64,000 nt of DNA, taken from Terriglobia bacterium. GTDB lineage: Bacteria; Acidobacteriota; Terriglobia; 20CM-2-55-15. The position numbers were made by a program, and so were the translations under genes. Below are positions 60,180 to 64,000 of the stretch, in pieces. Under the pieces are notes generated by a model, which was not told where the DNA came from, ran no database searches, and saw nothing but the letters and a program-made list of their open reading frames with translations. The stretch covers positions 1,120,001 to 1,184,000 of the forward strand of contig CBDAOY010000008.1 in NCBI GenBank assembly GCA_965198225.1, given 5' to 3'. Numbering within the stretch: the stretch's first letter is position 1; every line of letters starts with the position of its first letter.

Positions 60180-60757
60180 AAGCATTTGGCTCGATCCGGG
60201 TCGAGCGCAGAGACGGCGCTGTCACGATCACTCTCCTTCACAGGGTGCTCAGGATCGAAGTCCTCGCGGAAATCGAACTCGCTCTAAGCCAGACCTCTGA
60301 GGCGCTCTTTATCACGGGTACCGAGGGGTACTTCGCCGCCGGCGCCGACATCGCGCAATTGAACGAGCTGACCGGGCCGCTAGCCCTGGCGTTCGCGCGC
60401 CAGGGACAGACTCTTCTCGACAAGCTGGGCGGCCGGGGAGCGCCCAGCATCGCCGCCATCGACGGTTTCTGCCTCGGCGGCGGCCTGGACCTGGCTCTGG
60501 CATGTGACTTTCGTTACGCGAGCGCCCGGTCCCGGTTCGCGCATCCCGGCGGCAGGATCGGAATCCTGACCGGCTGGGGCGGAACGGGTCGGCTTCCGCG
60601 AACGATCGGCAAGAGCCGGGCTCTTGAAATGATGGTTGCCGGTCGGTGGCTCGGGGCTTCAGAAGCTCTGGAATGGGGGTTGATCGACGGCGTCGTTGAT
60701 CAACCGTTGGCTTTCGCCGAGAGTCGTCACGGGTCGTTTCAGCCGCTCACGCTCTGA
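60176..60757 (+). CDS. Enoyl-CoA hydratase/isomerase family protein (short)
   Basis: [40 protein letters not shown] overlap with the upstream stop. Confidence 0.85.
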   Translation: MKAFGSIRVERRDGAVTITLLHRVLRIEVLAEIELALSQTSEALFITGTEGYFAAGADIAQLNELTGPLALAFARQGQTLLDKLGGRGAPSIAAIDGFCLGGGLDLALACDFRYASARSRFAHPGGRIGILTGWGGTGRLPRTIGKSRALEMMVAGRWLGASEALEWGLIDGVVDQPLAFAESRHGSFQPLTL

Positions 60758-60770
60758 AACAACTCTTAAA

Positions 60771-60955
60771 CACGAAGGCATGAAGGACACGAAGATGGCC
60801 TATTATCTTCGTCTGTCCTCCGCGAACTTCGTGGCTTCGTCTTGAAAGATATCGTGTCCGAAAAGCGCAGATCTTGAGGGTCACGAACACCCTGAAAGGA
60901 AAAAGGCACAGAAGAGAGTCCCTCTGTGCCTCCGTGTCTCCGTGTCTCCGTGGTT
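60771..60955. repeat. Cluster of 9-bp-unit fold-backs between convergent operons
   Basis: CACGAAGGCATGAAGGACACGAAG..CTTCGTGGCTTCGT and GGCACAGA..TCTGTGCCTCCGTGTCTCCGTGTCTCCGTGGTT. Confidence 0.6.
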
Positions 60956-60963
60956 GATCCGTC

Positions 60964-61416
60964 CTAAATCAGTTCGAAGCCCTCGATGTCGAGGATCGAG
61001 CCTTCGCGTTCATCGCGCAGCCGCACTTTCGCGCGCGCACCGATCTTCCATCGTGAAGGATCGCCCAGTCCACGGTGCACCAGCACCGACTGGGCGCCGT
61101 CCAGCCTGACGAGGGCCACCACGTCAGGCGGATCGAGGGGCTGACCTTCGAGACCGAGGTGGCACAGCGTAAAACTGATCACCTCGCCCTCATGGCCGAC
61201 TGGAGTGTGGTCCCTCAGCTCCGCGAAGCATCGTTCGCAGAACAGGGCCGCGGGGACGTAGACCCACTCACATTTCTCGCAACGGGCACCGAGGATCTCG
61301 CCCCGATCCCTTAGGGCCTCGAAGAAGGCCTGGCCCGCCAGGCCCGCTGTGTAAAGGGAACCGAATGGAAGGTTCCCCTTCCATGCGATGTAGTCGTGGT
61401 TGGCAGGCGTTCTCAT
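60964..61416 (-). CDS. DUF35 Zn-ribbon/OB-fold protein
   Basis: RCEKC..VYVP...FCERC, then an OB-fold ending REGSILDI. Confidence 0.9.
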   Translation of the reverse strand: MRTPANHDYIAWKGNLPFGSLYTAGLAGQAFFEALRDRGEILGARCEKCEWVYVPAALFCERCFAELRDHTPVGHEGEVISFTLCHLGLEGQPLDPPDVVALVRLDGAQSVLVHRGLGDPSRWKIGARAKVRLRDEREGSILDIEGFELI

Positions 61417-61913
61417 TTGACCGGCGCCCAGTGCTTGAGGTCGGTGATCGCGCCTTCGCGCTCCTCGGCCGGCTTCCATACGGCCTTGACTTTCATCCCG
61501 ACCCGGACTTCGTCCGGATCGACATCAGCGATGAGGTGCAGGATGCCATACCCCTCCGACGCCCCGTCGACCTCGATCACCGCCGGAATCTGCGGGTAAG
61601 TGAGTTTCTTCATGTCCCACGTCACGTAGCAGATCGAAAACGTGTTGACTGTCCCCGTGTCCTCGAGGGTGACCCATTCGTCAGCGAGTCGGAAGCACAG
61701 CTCGCAGAAATCCCGCGGCGGAATGAACGTCCGGTCGCACTTACGGCACCGGCGGCCCACGAGGCGGCCATTCTTCAGCTCTTCCAGGTAGCGGCCGATC
61801 GCTCGGCCCGCGTCCCACGCATACTCCAGTCGCGGCTCGTAAGACCTGGAGATGACCTTGCCCGACTCGAAGTCGGCTGAACTGAGCGGCGTTCCGTACT
61901 TTGGTTCCATCAT
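61413..61913 (-). CDS. DUF35 Zn-ribbon/OB-fold protein
   Basis: RCRKC....PPRDFCELC, GTVNTFS, VRVGMKV. Confidence 0.9.
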   Translation of the reverse strand: MMEPKYGTPLSSADFESGKVISRSYEPRLEYAWDAGRAIGRYLEELKNGRLVGRRCRKCDRTFIPPRDFCELCFRLADEWVTLEDTGTVNTFSICYVTWDMKKLTYPQIPAVIEVDGASEGYGILHLIADVDPDEVRVGMKVKAVWKPAEEREGAITDLKHWAPVK

Positions 61914-63073
61914 GCCCCCACCACGATGACGGTTCCGACCTGCATCAAGTCGCCCCAGGCCTGGGCCACGCCCCGGCGGGGGTTTCCGCCTTTGACCTGC
62001 CGGGCACCGGCTTCCCCGCGGACCTGCCAGAACAGCTCGCAGATCTTCATCATGCCTGCCGCGGCAATCGGGTTGCCAACGCCGAGCAATCCCCCCGAGG
62101 GAACGGATGGCAGCTTCCCGTCCCGGTTGAAATGGCCTTCAGCCAGAAGCTTCGGAGCCTGGCCCTTCGGAGCCAGCTGCAGACCCTCGAGATGGTGCAG
62201 CTCTTTGTAGGCAAATGGATCGTACGGCTCGGCGAAGTCGATCTCCTCGGCCGGCTTTTCTATGCCCGCCATCTTGTAGGCCATCCACGCCGCCTTCTCG
62301 ACGTAACGCGGGTAGTAGAGGTCGCGGTTCGTCCAGAAGGCGGTGTCCAGCGCCCAGCCGACACCCTCGACCCAGGCAGGTTTGTCGGTCACCGACTTGG
62401 CCACGTCTTCGACTGCCATCACACAGGCGGCCGCGCCGTCGCTGGTCGGGCTGACCATGAGGCGATGGACGGGATGGGCCATGACCTCGGAGTCGAGCAC
62501 CTGCTGGACCGTCACCTCGGCGCCGAGCTGGGCCGACGGGTGATCCAGAGCGTTGCGCTTGTTCTTGACGCTGGCGAGGGCGATCTCTTCGTTCTTGATG
62601 CCGTGGACCGCCATGTAGCGCTGCTGCTCCAGCGCGAAAATCCACAGCAGGTTCGGCCCGAGAGCTCGCTCGGTGGTGTGGTCGAAGATCGTGATGAAGG
62701 CTCCCTGCGGGTGAGGCTGGCAGGAGGACATCTTCTCCTCGCAGACCACCAGGGCCGTTCGGAACTTCCCGCTGGCCAGGTGCATCCACGCGTGGATCGG
62801 CGCGAATACCCCGGTGCCGCCGCCCACGTAGCACCGCGTGTAGGGCTTGCCCCATGCGCCGGACCCGCCGGAGAGATACTCGCCGTTGAAGTGGACGCCG
62901 TCGAAGGCGTCCGGTGCGGTGCCGTGGATCACGCAGTCGATCTCGTCCAATGTCATCCCGGCACTGTCGAGCGCGGCGCTGGCCGCAGCCCACGACAACT
63001 CGGGAGGAGTTTCCTGCGCGCGACGGACGAACTTCGTGATCCCCGCGCCGACGATGGCTACTCGTTTACCCAT
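61910..63073 (-). CDS. Thiolase-domain (SCP-x-like) protein
   Basis: VAIVGAG.TKF, VKN..NA..HP.AQ, SPTSDGAA, EPYDPF, PSGGLLGVGNP. Confidence 0.9.
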   Translation of the reverse strand: MGKRVAIVGAGITKFVRRAQETPPELSWAAASAALDSAGMTLDEIDCVIHGTAPDAFDGVHFNGEYLSGGSGAWGKPYTRCYVGGGTGVFAPIHAWMHLASGKFRTALVVCEEKMSSCQPHPQGAFITIFDHTTERALGPNLLWIFALEQQRYMAVHGIKNEEIALASVKNKRNALDHPSAQLGAEVTVQQVLDSEVMAHPVHRLMVSPTSDGAAACVMAVEDVAKSVTDKPAWVEGVGWALDTAFWTNRDLYYPRYVEKAAWMAYKMAGIEKPAEEIDFAEPYDPFAYKELHHLEGLQLAPKGQAPKLLAEGHFNRDGKLPSVPSGGLLGVGNPIAAAGMMKICELFWQVRGEAGARQVKGGNPRRGVAQAWGDLMQVGTVIVVGA

Positions 63074-64000
63074 GATTCTTGGATAGGATGGCTACCGCCG
63101 CGCTGGTTGTGGGCACTCCCCGCCACGAATGCGCGAGCGCTGTCCCTGCTTCACCGTTGCGCAGGGCCTCTGCACACATTGCGACGCGGTAGAGGCCTAT
63201 CGTGTCGAGCGTGTGCCCCATCCCGATGCTCCCTCCCGAGGTGTTGACCTTTGCCGCCTCGTCTCTCACGCCAATGGTGGCCAGGGTGAGCAACTCGCGG
63301 TAGGCGTACAGGTCGTCAACCTCAAAGAAATCGATCTCCTTGTCCGGATCGTTGATACCGGCCTCGGCGAAGGCCATCCCGGCGGCTTTCTCGGTGGCCG
63401 CGTCAGTGCCCCATGTTCGCGACTCCAGCGTGGGAGTATCGTTCGCCCATCCCGTGCCGGAGATCCAAACCGGCCGACTCGCCTTCTGAGCGCGTTCCTC
63501 CGATGCAAGCACGAGCACGACTGCCCCGTCGGCTCGCTGAGCCTGGTGCATCTCTCGCATGGGCGTGAACGTGTCGGGCGAAAGCGCAACGTCCTCGGCC
63601 GTGATACGCGCAGCATAAGCGGCGATCGGGTTGCCCAATGCGTTGGTCCGATTCTTGGCCGCCACCCTGTCACAATCCTCGACAGTGGCCCCTGACTCCT
63701 TCAGGAAGCGATTCATCTCCAGACCGGCGATGAACTCCGGGTGGAGTCCCAGCGGCCGGTTCCATATCGGATCGAGAGCGTACGCCATCACATGGTCGAA
63801 GGTCAGAATGTTCGATGCTTTGCTGTGGGCCTCCACCACGGCAACCTCGATAGCGCCTGTCTGGATCTGCATCGCGGCTACTGCGAGACCATGCAGGCCG
63901 TCGCCGGTGACTGTTTCCACCGAACGCAGCACCACGCCGAGCTGATCGGGGGTGTACTCGTCAGCTATGGAGATGCCCTCGAAGAAATCTTCTTCGCAGC
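63066..64000 (-). CDS. Second thiolase-domain protein (5' end outside the window)
   Basis: AKNR.NA..NP.A, ADGA..LVLASEE, EVDD, VNTSGG..G.GH. The frame stays open to the window edge. Confidence 0.85.
   Translation of the reverse strand, partial: CEEDFFEGISIADEYTPDQLGVVLRSVETVTGDGLHGLAVAAMQIQTGAIEVAVVEAHSKASNILTFDHVMAYALDPIWNRPLGLHPEFIAGLEMNRFLKESGATVEDCDRVAAKNRTNALGNPIAAYAARITAEDVALSPDTFTPMREMHQAQRADGAVVLVLASEERAQKASRPVWISGTGWANDTPTLESRTWGTDAATEKAAGMAFAEAGINDPDKEIDFFEVDDLYAYRELLTLATIGVRDEAAKVNTSGGSIGMGHTLDTIGLYRVAMCAEALRNGEAGTALAHSWRGVPTTSAAVAILSKNHG

Noticed and set aside
61901-63247. 448-aa plus-strand ORF
   Set aside because: Antisense to the thiolase gene.

Overview
A GC-rich bacterial chromosomal window. 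The gene content (Ser/Thr kinase-PD40 fusion, SBBP/tandem-95 surface protein, Tat-signal TldD) is suggestive of Acidobacteriota, but that is inference only. Most genes are housekeeping or metabolic: tRNA-Glu, an Npt/HEAT/cNMP transporter, tldD/tldE, a D-amino-acid peptide catabolic operon, msrA, a LexA-boxed imuA-imuB-dnaE2 cassette, Fur-boxed feoAB, proS, an isobutyryl-CoA-mutase-type pair and a thiolase/DUF35 operon. The standout is an ~18 kb locus (24.8-42.9 kb). It holds two paralogous beta-propeller/Y_Y_Y/HisKA_3 sensor kinases, a NarL/LuxR response regulator and a relic of a second one. It also holds three NHLP-leader, double-glycine peptide precursors with no modifying enzyme or C39 exporter in the window, and a ~2,900-aa surface protein. 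Six copies of a 9-2-9 palindromic box (AATCGCATG-NN-CATGCGATT) tie these genes together, five of them with a conserved element exactly 19 bp downstream. This suggests an undescribed peptide-signalling or surface-protein regulon (inference). The intergenic DNA carries several non-autonomous structured elements: CTAG-bounded MITEs (one nested inside another at its own internal CTAG), two 184-bp GTAG-REP doublets and short palindromes. At least six small indels or duplications interrupt genes and may be assembly artefacts. No CRISPR array, rRNA or transposase was seen.
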